Source: a virus
Taxonomy: Duplodnaviria; Caudoviricetes
Reading direction: 5' to 3' (one strand)
Virus record (IMG/VR): IMGVR_UViG_3300031555_001562
DNA: 64,000 bases
The notes beneath the pieces were generated by a model. That model was not told the DNA's origin. It ran no database searches and was given only the letters and a program-made list of their open reading frames with translations. The first letter of the stretch is position 1; every line of letters starts with the position of its first letter. The translations under genes were made by a program, and so were the position numbers. Shown here piece by piece: positions 1 through 8,385 of the stretch.

Positions 1-26
1 ATTTGTCAACTACTTTGTTGCGTTTA

Positions 27-608
27 TTATAAATATTTTTCGGAGAATTCTCTGTATGATCCAAACTCAGTCTTCCAGCCGGAAGCAATCTGAATGGGAT
101 CCAGATCATGCATCTTACATACATGTGTGATATACTCACTGTCATACAGCTTCTTTCTGCGGCGGTTCACCTTCTTGACTTCCGCAAACACATCCGCACG
201 AGAAACACCGTATTTCTTTTCGAGATACTTCGCCATATCGTTCTGGGAGTACTCAATGAACTGGCAGATAGGGCAGCATGCCTCTGGCATATCATACCTG
301 ACATCATCTATGCCAAAGTATTCATACATGAGATCATCATCGTCCATAGCTTCCAGCTCTTCTTTTGAATGCATTTCGCTGGGATCCAGACCGTCCATGT
401 TTGCCGCATAATACTCAAGAAGTGTATTGATAAAGTTCTCTCTGGGAACCTGAAGCATTTCACTTTCACAAATGGTATGACCATTCACACAGCGAATCAT
501 TTCGGCTTCAGATAGAGACATTTCCCAACCACTCTCTACTGCGCCGCAGATGTCGCAGACAAAGCTTGAGCTACTGGAATTCGTCACAAAGTCTTTTCTG
601 TATTTCAT
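27..608 (-). CDS. N-terminal 'RxDFVTNSSSSS' motif protein 5, Cys-rich (putative Zn-binding)
   Basis: Starts MKYRKDFVTNSSSSSF; contains CDIC, CVNGHTIC and CPIC motifs. Confidence 0.85.
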   Translation of the reverse strand: MKYRKDFVTNSSSSSFVCDICGAVESGWEMSLSEAEMIRCVNGHTICESEMLQVPRENFINTLLEYYAANMDGLDPSEMHSKEELEAMDDDDLMYEYFGIDDVRYDMPEACCPICQFIEYSQNDMAKYLEKKYGVSRADVFAEVKKVNRRRKKLYDSEYITHVCKMHDLDPIQIASGWKTEFGSYREFSEKYL

Positions 609-617
609 TGTATCACC

Positions 618-989
618 TTAATCGCTGGATGATTGATAGATATCTTCCTTGAACTTTCCGGGGATATGCTCATAGAGCCACGCATCATCGCCCTCAGTAT
701 CTCCGTCATTCGTCCATGAAATGAAAGAAGCGGCAAGATACTTTGCGGTGGTATCACTCTCGTCAATGCGATCCAGAACGCTACTTGCAATACAATCCAG
801 GCCAATACACTCATCGAGATAGTCCTTTAATGCCTTTGCGCCCATAAGATACTCATCGAGCAGTCTTACACCATGTTTGCCATGCTCTTCTTTCATATAG
901 TCAAGCAGCTCGTCACAATATGTAATATTCGCCACAACAATGTAGCTGGAACTACTTGAATTTGTTACAAAATCCTGCCTCAGTTTCAT
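618..989 (-). CDS. N-terminal 'RxDFVTNSSSSS' motif protein 4
   Basis: Starts MKLRQDFVTNSSSSSY; 4-nt overlap with the upstream gene. Confidence 0.85.
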   Translation of the reverse strand: MKLRQDFVTNSSSSSYIVVANITYCDELLDYMKEEHGKHGVRLLDEYLMGAKALKDYLDECIGLDCIASSVLDRIDESDTTAKYLAASFISWTNDGDTEGDDAWLYEHIPGKFKEDIYQSSSD

Positions 990-1339
990 CGATATACCTC
1001 GCCATAATCAAAAGTCAATTCATCAGGGCGAAGATCGATATTGTATTCCGTCTTTATGTCTTCTACGACTTTCTTTCTGAGATCAGTCAATGTGTGATCT
1101 TGCAGATCAGATTCATAAATTGGATAACCAACATAATTAACATCAGCGCATTCGCAAATATCAACCACGAGATTTCCCTTTAACGAAATCTGATCGTCAC
1201 CAACTTCATATGCATCACTTAATTTCTCTTTTGTAATGCCGTTTGCCAGCAAAATCAGTTCTTGCGTATTGCTGTCTACCTTTAGGCAAATGAAAGAACT
1301 GCTTCTTGAATTCGTCACATAGTCAGTACGTACTTTCAT
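986..1339 (-). CDS. N-terminal 'RxDYVTNSRSSS' motif protein 3
   Basis: Starts MKVRTDYVTNSRSSSF; 1-nt overlap with the upstream gene. Confidence 0.85.
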   Translation of the reverse strand: MKVRTDYVTNSRSSSFICLKVDSNTQELILLANGITKEKLSDAYEVGDDQISLKGNLVVDICECADVNYVGYPIYESDLQDHTLTDLRKKVVEDIKTEYNIDLRPDELTFDYGEVYR

Positions 1340-1761
1340 TAGCCATTTCTCCCTGCGCCATAATCACACTGGATATCGGCAAAACCGTTTTCTTCAGTGA
1401 TTGCATCAATCACTTGCGTATCGAAGTCACTGTAGTCAACGTAATAATCAACTTCGCCATCTTCATCGCTGTAAAGATCTTCGCAATGCGAATGCATAAC
1501 AAATCTTGCATCCATATGCTCACGAATATAATCTTTACTAGGTGTAATATCTACACCAGCCCAATCGCATTCCAGCCAATTACGCCATCTGCCTTCACCA
1601 TGCTCAATGCTGGCAAGTGCTTCTTCTGCGGTATATACTTCGATTTTTGAAGAAAACTCATTCAATACCTTTGCGGCCTTGGACTCGTCTGCGATTCTGG
1701 CAAAACACACAATATAGCTGCTAGAGCTGCTATTGGTTACATAGTCTGTCCTAATCTTCAT
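1339..1761 (-). CDS. N-terminal 'RxDYVTNSSSSS' motif protein 2
   Basis: Starts MKIRTDYVTNSSSSSY. Confidence 0.85.
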   Translation of the reverse strand: MKIRTDYVTNSSSSSYIVCFARIADESKAAKVLNEFSSKIEVYTAEEALASIEHGEGRWRNWLECDWAGVDITPSKDYIREHMDARFVMHSHCEDLYSDEDGEVDYYVDYSDFDTQVIDAITEENGFADIQCDYGAGRNG

Positions 1762-1763
1762 TA

Positions 1764-2192
1764 TTACGCACCCTCAAGGATCACGAATCCATCGTTATCC
1801 TTTGCCATAGTCTTAATGAAGCTTTCCGGGCTGCAATCGGAATCACTTACACGCTTCCTCATAATAGCATATCCATCTGCAAGATACTTGCTGGCCTCTT
1901 CATACTCTCTGCGGTAATCTTCATCATCTTCGATGATCTCCTGCACGGTATGTTTCTTCCAACCGTATCTGTCGATGAAAAACTTGTCATACTCTTCTTG
2001 CGTAGTGAATACTTCTGCAACCTGAGTATCGCAATAGTCAACCGCATCAATGAGCGCTTCAATAAGTCTCGGATACAAATTGACAAAAGGATACTTTTTC
2101 ACAGTTTCTTCGTCAACCTCTACGTTTGTACGGTAGGCAATCACAAAGCTACTGCTTGAACTGTTGGTTACGAAATCGCTTCTTACTTTCAT
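1764..2192 (-). CDS. N-terminal 'RxDFVTNSSSSS' motif protein 1
   Basis: Starts MKVRSDFVTNSSSSSF. Confidence 0.85.
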   Translation of the reverse strand: MKVRSDFVTNSSSSSFVIAYRTNVEVDEETVKKYPFVNLYPRLIEALIDAVDYCDTQVAEVFTTQEEYDKFFIDRYGWKKHTVQEIIEDDEDYRREYEEASKYLADGYAIMRKRVSDSDCSPESFIKTMAKDNDGFVILEGA

Positions 2193-2201
2193 ATACTTTC
2201 C

Positions 2202-2843
2202 TTAACTTTCATACGGAGACGGTAAACTGTAATCCCAAATTTCATAATCACCACTGTAGTGATTTCTGAAATAGTTTACTTCTCCGTCACCTCTGAACCA
2301 CAAATAATCATCCGGTAAAACCCTTCCAACATCCGTATATCCGGACTTTTCTTTGCTCCACCGGATAAGTACATCTTCTGCCAGATCGTAAAGCTCTTCA
2401 GTTACTGGTGCAGAACTGTTCCATGCAAACTGATTTGGCTTTGTAGCTGCCGCATATATGCTCTTTGAATCGCCAGCATCAACACGATTTACAATTGTCC
2501 ATGCAACACATGCCTGTTGTGTAACGCTCTTAACACCACGACATTCTTCCCAAAGAACTTTCGCAACTACTATTACATCATCTTCAGTAAAGTAATATAC
2601 AATCTCCGGTTCGGTACATTCAGTTTCAACAATCACTTCCAGTTCCGGGGGTTCCGTTTCTGGTTCTGTAGTTTCTACTGGTTCCGTAACACATGTAGTT
2701 TCAGCTATAGTTTCTTCTGTGGGAACAGTCGTAGATTTTGGTGCTGTATATTGCGGATCATATGTATCAATAGCTGCAATACCAATCATCAATAATACAA
2801 TGGCAACGATCAGCATCAGATATATGTTATATTTGTCGCTCAA
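2202..2843 (-). CDS. Membrane-anchored cell wall hydrolase (SleB/Hydrolase_2-like)
   Basis: N-terminal hydrophobic helix, T/E/P-rich linker, then AKVLWEECRG...VAWTIVNRV...PNQF typical of SleB/CwlJ catalytic domains. Confidence 0.75.
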   Translation of the reverse strand: MSDKYNIYLMLIVAIVLLMIGIAAIDTYDPQYTAPKSTTVPTEETIAETTCVTEPVETTEPETEPPELEVIVETECTEPEIVYYFTEDDVIVVAKVLWEECRGVKSVTQQACVAWTIVNRVDAGDSKSIYAAATKPNQFAWNSSAPVTEELYDLAEDVLIRWSKEKSGYTDVGRVLPDDYLWFRGDGEVNYFRNHYSGDYEIWDYSLPSPYES

Positions 2844-3904
2844 ACCAAATCTTTCTCCTGTCTATTGCAGATAACGATGTCTCTACAAATAGGACATCCG
2901 CCAGCACAAGTCGCTCTGGAGGGGCAGGATGCACAAGAATATCTCAGAGAATTTCTGAACTTCTCAAACACTTCTCCATCCCAAGCTTCTTGGATGGTAT
3001 GATTCTTCAGACTGACAAAGTACTTCGGATCCTGATTGCCAAAAGAACATGGCATTGCATTCATACTCGCATCAATGTACATGCTGTGCCTTCCGCCCTC
3101 GCAATAATCCATGCTGTCCAGATTGATCTTACTTGTAAAGTTCACGATACCAGAGCAAGAGCAGCTGTCGAAGCCGATCTTGTGGTGGAACTTACCTGTG
3201 TCAATCAGTTCGAAGAACTCTTTGACTTTGGGATTATCATAAGTCAATATGTTCTCCATCTTGCCCAGGCCAATAGGCTTATACAGCAAGAAAACCACCG
3301 CATTAATACCCATCTTGAAGCTATTTGTTCTCAACTTCTGGATTGCATCATCAATGGTTTTCGCACTCAATACATAGTGAATATTCGTCTTTACACCAGC
3401 ATCCAGAAGCATATCAATTGCTCCATTGGTATAAGGTGCAAAGTGTTCACTCACTGCAATTGCACCACAGTACTTCTTACAGACCTCAGCCTTTTCCTTT
3501 GTCATAGCAATACCAGAGGTTGTAAAGTTAGGAATGATACCATGCTCTCTGGTTGCCTTTAGAATCTCTTCAAAATTTTCATGCGTGTCCACATCCCCCG
3601 CACCGCCCAGGGCGACCTGAAGAACCTTACCTTTGCACTGTTCCATAATACTCAGGTAGTTCTCAAGACTCATATTGGAGCCGGTTCGATCAATGGCTTT
3701 CTGGTAGCAGTCAACGTTGCACTTGTGCGCACATACGCATCGCTCCATAATACCGATATCGATCAGTGAAGGGAAGCATCGCATAAAAGGATCGATACCA
3801 GTATCTTTACCTTCAGCATCGATCACACCGCTGCGAACATAAAATCCTGTATCCGGATTGAAAAGTTCAACAAAACGGTTCTTTTTGTCAATGAATCTAA
3901 TCAC
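2840..3904 (-). CDS. Radical SAM protein with SPASM domain
   Basis: Cys triad CAHKCNVDC (CX3CX3C variant), ALGGAGD motif, C-terminal CEGG...PCSF...CASC...CAGGCP. Confidence 0.9.
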   Translation of the reverse strand: MIRFIDKKNRFVELFNPDTGFYVRSGVIDAEGKDTGIDPFMRCFPSLIDIGIMERCVCAHKCNVDCYQKAIDRTGSNMSLENYLSIMEQCKGKVLQVALGGAGDVDTHENFEEILKATREHGIIPNFTTSGIAMTKEKAEVCKKYCGAIAVSEHFAPYTNGAIDMLLDAGVKTNIHYVLSAKTIDDAIQKLRTNSFKMGINAVVFLLYKPIGLGKMENILTYDNPKVKEFFELIDTGKFHHKIGFDSCSCSGIVNFTSKINLDSMDYCEGGRHSMYIDASMNAMPCSFGNQDPKYFVSLKNHTIQEAWDGEVFEKFRNSLRYSCASCPSRATCAGGCPICRDIVICNRQEKDLV

Positions 3905-3926
3905 TTGTTGTCCTCTTGATTTCTAA

Positions 3927-3974
3927 ACACTATATATTGTGGTTATACCAAACACCAAACACAATATCTAGGTT
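3927..3974. promoter_or_regulatory. Tandem NrdR-box-like operators upstream of the radical SAM gene
   Basis: ACACTATATATTGTGG (3927-3942) and ACACAATATCTAGGTT (3959-3974), starts 32 bp apart; match the NrdR consensus acaCwAtATaTwGtgt and its usual tandem spacing. Confidence 0.7.
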
Positions 3975-3998
3975 GTTTTTGTCGATAAAACTATTATT

Positions 3999-4241
3999 TC
4001 ATTCAGTCTTGCATTTGATGTCGCAATAGGGATCGATCAGGGATACGGGCTTCCTGCATTCTGGAGGGCATGTGCAATTCGGCAGATATGCCCGTGATTC
4101 ACATTCTGAAAAGTCATGATCTCTTCCGCAAAACAAATCACATCTGAAACAATTCCTTTCAACGTATGCCTTCTTGATTGCCTGATTGTTTGGTGTATCA
4201 ATCCGCAATCCTTTATACTTTTTAGGATGCACGTATTCCAT
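3999..4241 (-). CDS. Small Cys-rich hypothetical protein
   Basis: ORF from MEYVHPKK, CFRCDLFC motif; overlaps the 3' end of RT. Confidence 0.55.
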   Translation of the reverse strand: MEYVHPKKYKGLRIDTPNNQAIKKAYVERNCFRCDLFCGRDHDFSECESRAYLPNCTCPPECRKPVSLIDPYCDIKCKTE

Positions 4242-5277
4242 GATCTTCTCCTTCGTTTTCAAAGAGCGAGTCAACAAATTGATCCATGCTGCATATCAAC
4301 TTATAGCAGTTGCCGTGCGACGCATGATTCTTCCACGAACCATACTTTTCGTAGAATTTTTCTTTCGTCATCTTACCGCTCTTTACGAGCTTCGCATTTT
4401 TGCGTAAGCGTTTCTTGATCTGACGTTTGTTATCTCCGGTCAGCTTCCGGATGACCTTGCCATCTTCTGTGATGTATGTATGAAACCCTAAGAATCTAAT
4501 GCCTTTTCTTAGCGGAACAATCTCTGTCTTATCGTTCAAAGTCAGACACAAACCAGCTAAGTACTCTTCAATTTTCTTCAGACAATCTTTTAGATATTCT
4601 TTATCATCAGAAATCAGGTAGAAGTCATCCATGTATCTGCCGTAATACTCGCAGCCAAGATCCTCGGTGATGAAGTAATCAAGTCCGGTCAGATACATCA
4701 GTGCAAACACCTGGCTACTTTGATTGCCGAGCGGCAGACCATCTCCGTCCACACTATCAACAAACAAGTTGCAGATCCATTGAATATCTTCATCCGGGAA
4801 GTACACCCGGATAATTCTCTTCATAATATCGTGATTGATACTGTAAAAGAATTTTGTGATATCGCACTTGAGTATGTATCCTTCGCAGCCATGATTGTCA
4901 TAAAAATCAAGTAGATTTTCTGACAAGCGATCTAGGCCAAATAAGGTTCCTTTGCCTATTTGACCAGCATAGTTGTCGAGAAGAAAGATGTCTTTCATCT
5001 TCGGCAACAATACATAGTCACACAGGCAGTGTTGCAGAACCTTATCTCTAAAAGCGCCAGAAGTAATAAGCCTTTTCTTTGGTTCAGAAATAATAAACTG
5101 AGAATACTTAGATATCTCATATGTGTGTTCAATGAGTTGACGCTTCATCCTGTAAAGGTTTTCTAGCGCCAACACACTGAACTGGATTGCGCTTTTCTTC
5201 TTACCCTTGCCTCGCATTGAGACAGTGTAAGAGGCATACAGATTCTCAAAGTCTATTAGCTTCTGAAAATCTTCCAT
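4222..5277 (-). CDS. DGR reverse transcriptase
   Basis: FRDKVLQH, KCDITKFFYSI, GLPLGNQSSQ, YYGRYMDD and FLGF motifs; adjacent to TR and avd. Confidence 0.95.
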   Translation of the reverse strand: MEDFQKLIDFENLYASYTVSMRGKGKKKSAIQFSVLALENLYRMKRQLIEHTYEISKYSQFIISEPKKRLITSGAFRDKVLQHCLCDYVLLPKMKDIFLLDNYAGQIGKGTLFGLDRLSENLLDFYDNHGCEGYILKCDITKFFYSINHDIMKRIIRVYFPDEDIQWICNLFVDSVDGDGLPLGNQSSQVFALMYLTGLDYFITEDLGCEYYGRYMDDFYLISDDKEYLKDCLKKIEEYLAGLCLTLNDKTEIVPLRKGIRFLGFHTYITEDGKVIRKLTGDNKRQIKKRLRKNAKLVKSGKMTKEKFYEKYGSWKNHASHGNCYKLICSMDQFVDSLFENEGEDHGIRAS

Positions 5278-5392
5278 ATGATCCTTTTGTATTTATCCCA
5301 CCGTTCCCGGTGAGAAAGGTTATACGCTCTTTTGATGATGTGGTGTACTCCTTGTAGTTGCCGGAGCAACTTATAGACCTCGCAAATCCACC

Positions 5393-5474
5393 AGAACGGA
5401 CGGACACCGTTGCTCCAATCACAGTCATTCCAATTCAGAATGCCATTAGAGTTGACGTAGCAAACGTTGCCAGT
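5393..5474 (-). repeat. DGR template repeat (TR)
   Basis: Non-coding, between avd and RT; 82-nt ungapped match to VR1 and 78-nt match to VR2; rich in AAC/AAT codons on the minus strand. Confidence 0.95.
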
Positions 5475-5498
5475 TTCAGCGCATAACCTAAAGGCTTA

Positions 5499-5867
5499 TT
5501 AGGTCTTCTTCCGCCACGCAAGCGTCATATGTTTTATGTCGTATGCGAGGCCAGTCCATTGTTCGCTCATAGCGGCGCTTATTAACTTGGCATGCAAGCT
5601 GTATCTCACCAGGCTCAAGAATTTATTGCATTCCGTTATTGCTAAGGTTTGCTTTTCTATTCTTTTGGCTCTGTGTCCCTCTGAATCAGGAACATAGGAA
5701 TTTGCGTCCAGCAAATACCCATATATGTTCAAAGAGATCTCCTGAAGTTTATCTGTAATCCGCCGATACCTTACTGGATAGTGTTGGCGAATAGTAGTAA
5801 TATCAAAGACTGAAAAATACAGCTGCTCTGCCTTATTGCCTATTTCAAATCTTACTTCTTCACTCAT
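5499..5867 (-). CDS. avd: DGR accessory variability determinant (Avd, four-helix bundle)
   Basis: 122 aa helical protein between target and TR; HYPVRYR...IYGYLLDAN...AWRK pattern. Confidence 0.85.
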   Translation of the reverse strand: MSEEVRFEIGNKAEQLYFSVFDITTIRQHYPVRYRRITDKLQEISLNIYGYLLDANSYVPDSEGHRAKRIEKQTLAITECNKFLSLVRYSLHAKLISAAMSEQWTGLAYDIKHMTLAWRKKT

Positions 5868-5875
5868 TTGTTATC

Positions 5876-6333
5876 TCACTCTACCAAGAGGGAAGAGTCG
5901 AGGATCAAGAACGGACGGACACCGTTGCCCCAACCACAGACATTCCAAAGCAGAATGCCATCAGAGCTGACGTAGCAAACGCTGCCAGTATAACCAGATA
6001 CCTCAGCGGTGACTCTGGTTGCAGTCCACCATGCTTCGCCCATTGCCTTCAGGAACTTCCGGTAACGGCGATACCGATCAGTAGTCAGAATGGACACGAA
6101 ACCCTCAACGGTCTTGATACCAGTGCCATCGTCTGCGGTCAGATCGACGGTATGACGGATGATATTCTCAGCACCCACCGACTTGACCATCTCGTTGTAG
6201 AAGTCATTGATACAGTAGCTGCGAACATCGCTGGTCTCATAGTCGCCGGTGGAACCATATTCCATACGCTTAACGAAATCCTTGGCAATTACTGCGGTTC
6301 CATGTTCGGTGTGTTCCAGGACAATGAACTCAC
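5876..6333 (-). pseudogene. DGR target 1, 3' portion (5' portion lies inverted at 6629-6780 on +)
   Basis: EFIVLEH...WWTAT...GVRP, paralogous to 27463-28101; the N-terminus of track ORF 5876..6499 is not real. Confidence 0.85.
5908..5989 (-). repeat. DGR variable repeat VR1
   Basis: 8 mismatches to TR in 82 nt, all at TR adenines (coding strand). Confidence 0.95.
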
Positions 6334-6528
6334 CTGCTGAAGGCAAAAGATAAGGCAATCGAACTGGGTCTGATCGAGGGCGAACAGTTTGGCCTGATCT
6401 ATGATAACTGCATGACAGAGCTTGTTCCGGAAGAAGAAAATGGAACGACTCTGACTGGAATCTGGTTCTGTCCTTTACCTGATGAGGTTGCACACACAAT
6501 TAGTAAAAAATATCAGCTATATCGTTAA
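6331..6528 (+). pseudogene. Peptidyl-tRNA hydrolase Pth2, displaced 3' portion
   Basis: Reads HLLKAKDKAIELGL...IYDNCMTEL...TLTGIWFCPLPDEVAHTISKKYQLYR*, resembling the C-terminal half of Pth2. Confidence 0.85.
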
Positions 6529-6547
6529 AGTAGACGCAATATAGTTG

Positions 6548-6576
6548 TTGACAAAACGATTCAAGTGTGTTATAAT
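6548..6576 (+). promoter_or_regulatory. Consensus sigma-A promoter of DGR target 1, inside the inversion
   Basis: TTGACA-N17-TATAAT, flanked by two ACGCAA-type operator copies; RBS AAGGAG and ATG at 6629. Confidence 0.85.
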
Positions 6577-6628
6577 ACCCACAGTAAGACAACGCAACAA
6601 AGTAGAATATAACGCAAGGAGAATTTAT

Positions 6629-6780
6629 ATGGAGATCAAGGTTATCAACAATGTTCCCAATCTCAATGTCACCGTAAACCAGGCAGAAGACGGCAGCTTT
6701 GCTATCCTGCTGGCTGAAGACAAGAGAAAGGCGCTCGGTAGCGCCGAACTGGGATCCATCAAGAAGATCGGCAATCGTGA
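6629..6780 (+). pseudogene. DGR target 1, displaced 5' portion
   Basis: MEIKVINNVPNLNV...LGSIKKIGNR joins EFIVLEH in frame after re-inversion. Confidence 0.85.
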
Positions 6781-7019
6781 TTCTTGTTGCGTGCCTCACA
6801 GATTGTCTTCACAAACGATCCGTTGATATACTGCTCGAACATGTCTTTTTCAAACGACGCACGATATGTGTAATCATCAACAGATTCATCGGGAGGCCAT
6901 GAACTATTCCTGATATCGTTTGTCCAATATGCCTCCGCACAATGCGCTACCTGGGCAGCAAGCTTACCGGGAGACATATGTAGATCTTTGCGCATTATGA
7001 AAAGTCTTCTGTATCCCAT
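6777..7019 (-). pseudogene. Peptidyl-tRNA hydrolase Pth2, 5' portion
   Basis: MRKDLHMSPGKLAAQVAHCA is the Pth2 signature; frame broken at the inversion junction. Confidence 0.85.
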
Positions 7020-7021
7020 GC

Positions 7022-7249
7022 TTATATGACTCCTTTTCCTTTTAGCCATTCCGCAGCGTCAAGCAGAATTGCAACTACGAACCATAGTCCAAGGCAGATT
7101 CCAAGGTCTGCCCATCCACTATGATCCCATCCAAGGATTGCGACAACACCATCAAGTAAATATCCTATAGAGACTGCGAATAAGACGCCAATTCCTGCGC
7201 ACAACAGAAGGTTAATTGCAGTTCTCAAAAACTTGATTACATGTTTCAT
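7022..7249 (-). CDS. Small membrane protein
   Basis: Two hydrophobic segments; in operon. Confidence 0.65.
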   Translation of the reverse strand: MKHVIKFLRTAINLLLCAGIGVLFAVSIGYLLDGVVAILGWDHSGWADLGICLGLWFVVAILLDAAEWLKGKGVI

Positions 7250-8088
7250 GGCTCACCAACAAAAACCAGATCCTCGACATACTTTCTCCCGTCTCCCTTG
7301 AAGATAGGAATCTTTTTATCGATAATCCATTTAGGACGTTTATCTTCGTCTCCCTGAACCTTTATGCAACAGCTGCCACGCTTTTGATGTACAGGGAAAT
7401 CGTTCCAGTTGATACCCTTTTCCAGCATAAGCATGTCTTGCATCTGGCTCTGGGACTTGTTTTGTAACATTCCATGTGAGAAATGCGCCTGAGCTACCAT
7501 TTCCACGGAATTTCTGGTTGCATCATTCTGCCGCCACAAAACACAGTTGCAGACTTCTTCCTTTGGAATGTTGAACACACGTGCATCGAACAGAGCGCCC
7601 TTCTCAGCCGCCTTCTTGTATGCCTCGTAGTATTTGCCATTGTCCTCTTCTGAGAATGTAATATGATATCCAATCTCAGTAAGATCAATGTCAGTATTGA
7701 ACTCATAGAAAGCATTCAGATTTGCAACAAAGAATCTGTTGAACGCAAATGTAGCCATCGACGCAGCAATACTGCACATCTTCTGGATGTTGTTATCAAA
7801 CCATGCGCAGCTGTTGAGTTTCTTGTAATCCACCAGAACAAGTGTGATTTCGTCGGACTGTGTATAGCCCAAAACGCAACCTTGAATATTTTCGCATAGA
7901 TACTTCGTGGTATCCTGCATGGTGGAGATCAGCACTTCATCAAAAGGTCTTTTGAAACCTCTTGTGAAAGTGTGGAATGCCTTACCATCCAGCCGGATGA
8001 TTACTGGCATTCTGGGTACGAGATATGTACGGGTGATATACTCGTACTTTTTCATGCGATCACCCAGCGCATCTCTTTTCTTTGCCAT
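7246..8088 (-). CDS. tRNA(His) guanylyltransferase Thg1-like protein
   Basis: RLDGKAFHTFT, YTQSDEI, FDAR and WRQNDATRNS motifs. Confidence 0.93.
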   Translation of the reverse strand: MAKKRDALGDRMKKYEYITRTYLVPRMPVIIRLDGKAFHTFTRGFKRPFDEVLISTMQDTTKYLCENIQGCVLGYTQSDEITLVLVDYKKLNSCAWFDNNIQKMCSIAASMATFAFNRFFVANLNAFYEFNTDIDLTEIGYHITFSEEDNGKYYEAYKKAAEKGALFDARVFNIPKEEVCNCVLWRQNDATRNSVEMVAQAHFSHGMLQNKSQSQMQDMLMLEKGINWNDFPVHQKRGSCCIKVQGDEDKRPKWIIDKKIPIFKGDGRKYVEDLVFVGEP

Positions 8089-8097
8089 ATATGCTCC

Positions 8098-8385
8098 TTA
8101 CGTTGTAAAGAATTCATCGACTATCGTCAGGTTCGCATTGACATCTAGAACCATATCCTTGACATAATCATTTTTGCATCTGCCCCTGTCCATCCTGAAA
8201 CAAAGAGGATTTGGTTCTGTTTCATCAACATAGTATTCTCTTCCGCAGTGATTGCATGTTTCTTTGGAATACCTATCGTCGGGAAGCTCTTTGAACTTAT
8301 AGAAATGTTGCCATGTCAAATTATATCTATTTTCATGTCCGCAGTTTGGACATCTCCAATAGCTAAAAACATCAACCCAACTCAT
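8098..8385 (-). CDS. Small Zn-ribbon protein
   Basis: CPNCG and CNHCG. Confidence 0.6.
   Translation of the reverse strand: MSWVDVFSYWRCPNCGHENRYNLTWQHFYKFKELPDDRYSKETCNHCGREYYVDETEPNPLCFRMDRGRCKNDYVKDMVLDVNANLTIVDEFFTT

Larger units (their letters stand above)
6330..6780. other. 451-bp inverted segment bounded by TCAC/GTGA
   Basis: Re-inverting it restores two intact ORFs in frame: Pth2 (145 aa) and DGR target 1 (201 aa). Confidence 0.9.

Noticed and set aside
4222-5277. RT as a group II intron or retron
   Set aside because: The TR/VR pairs with adenine-specific mismatches and the adjacent avd identify a DGR; no intron maturase-endonuclease extension is present.
5876-6499. Track ORF of 207 aa as the intact DGR target
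   Set aside because: Its first ~55 codons are the antisense of the displaced Pth2 3' half; the true N-terminus is at 6629-6780 on +.
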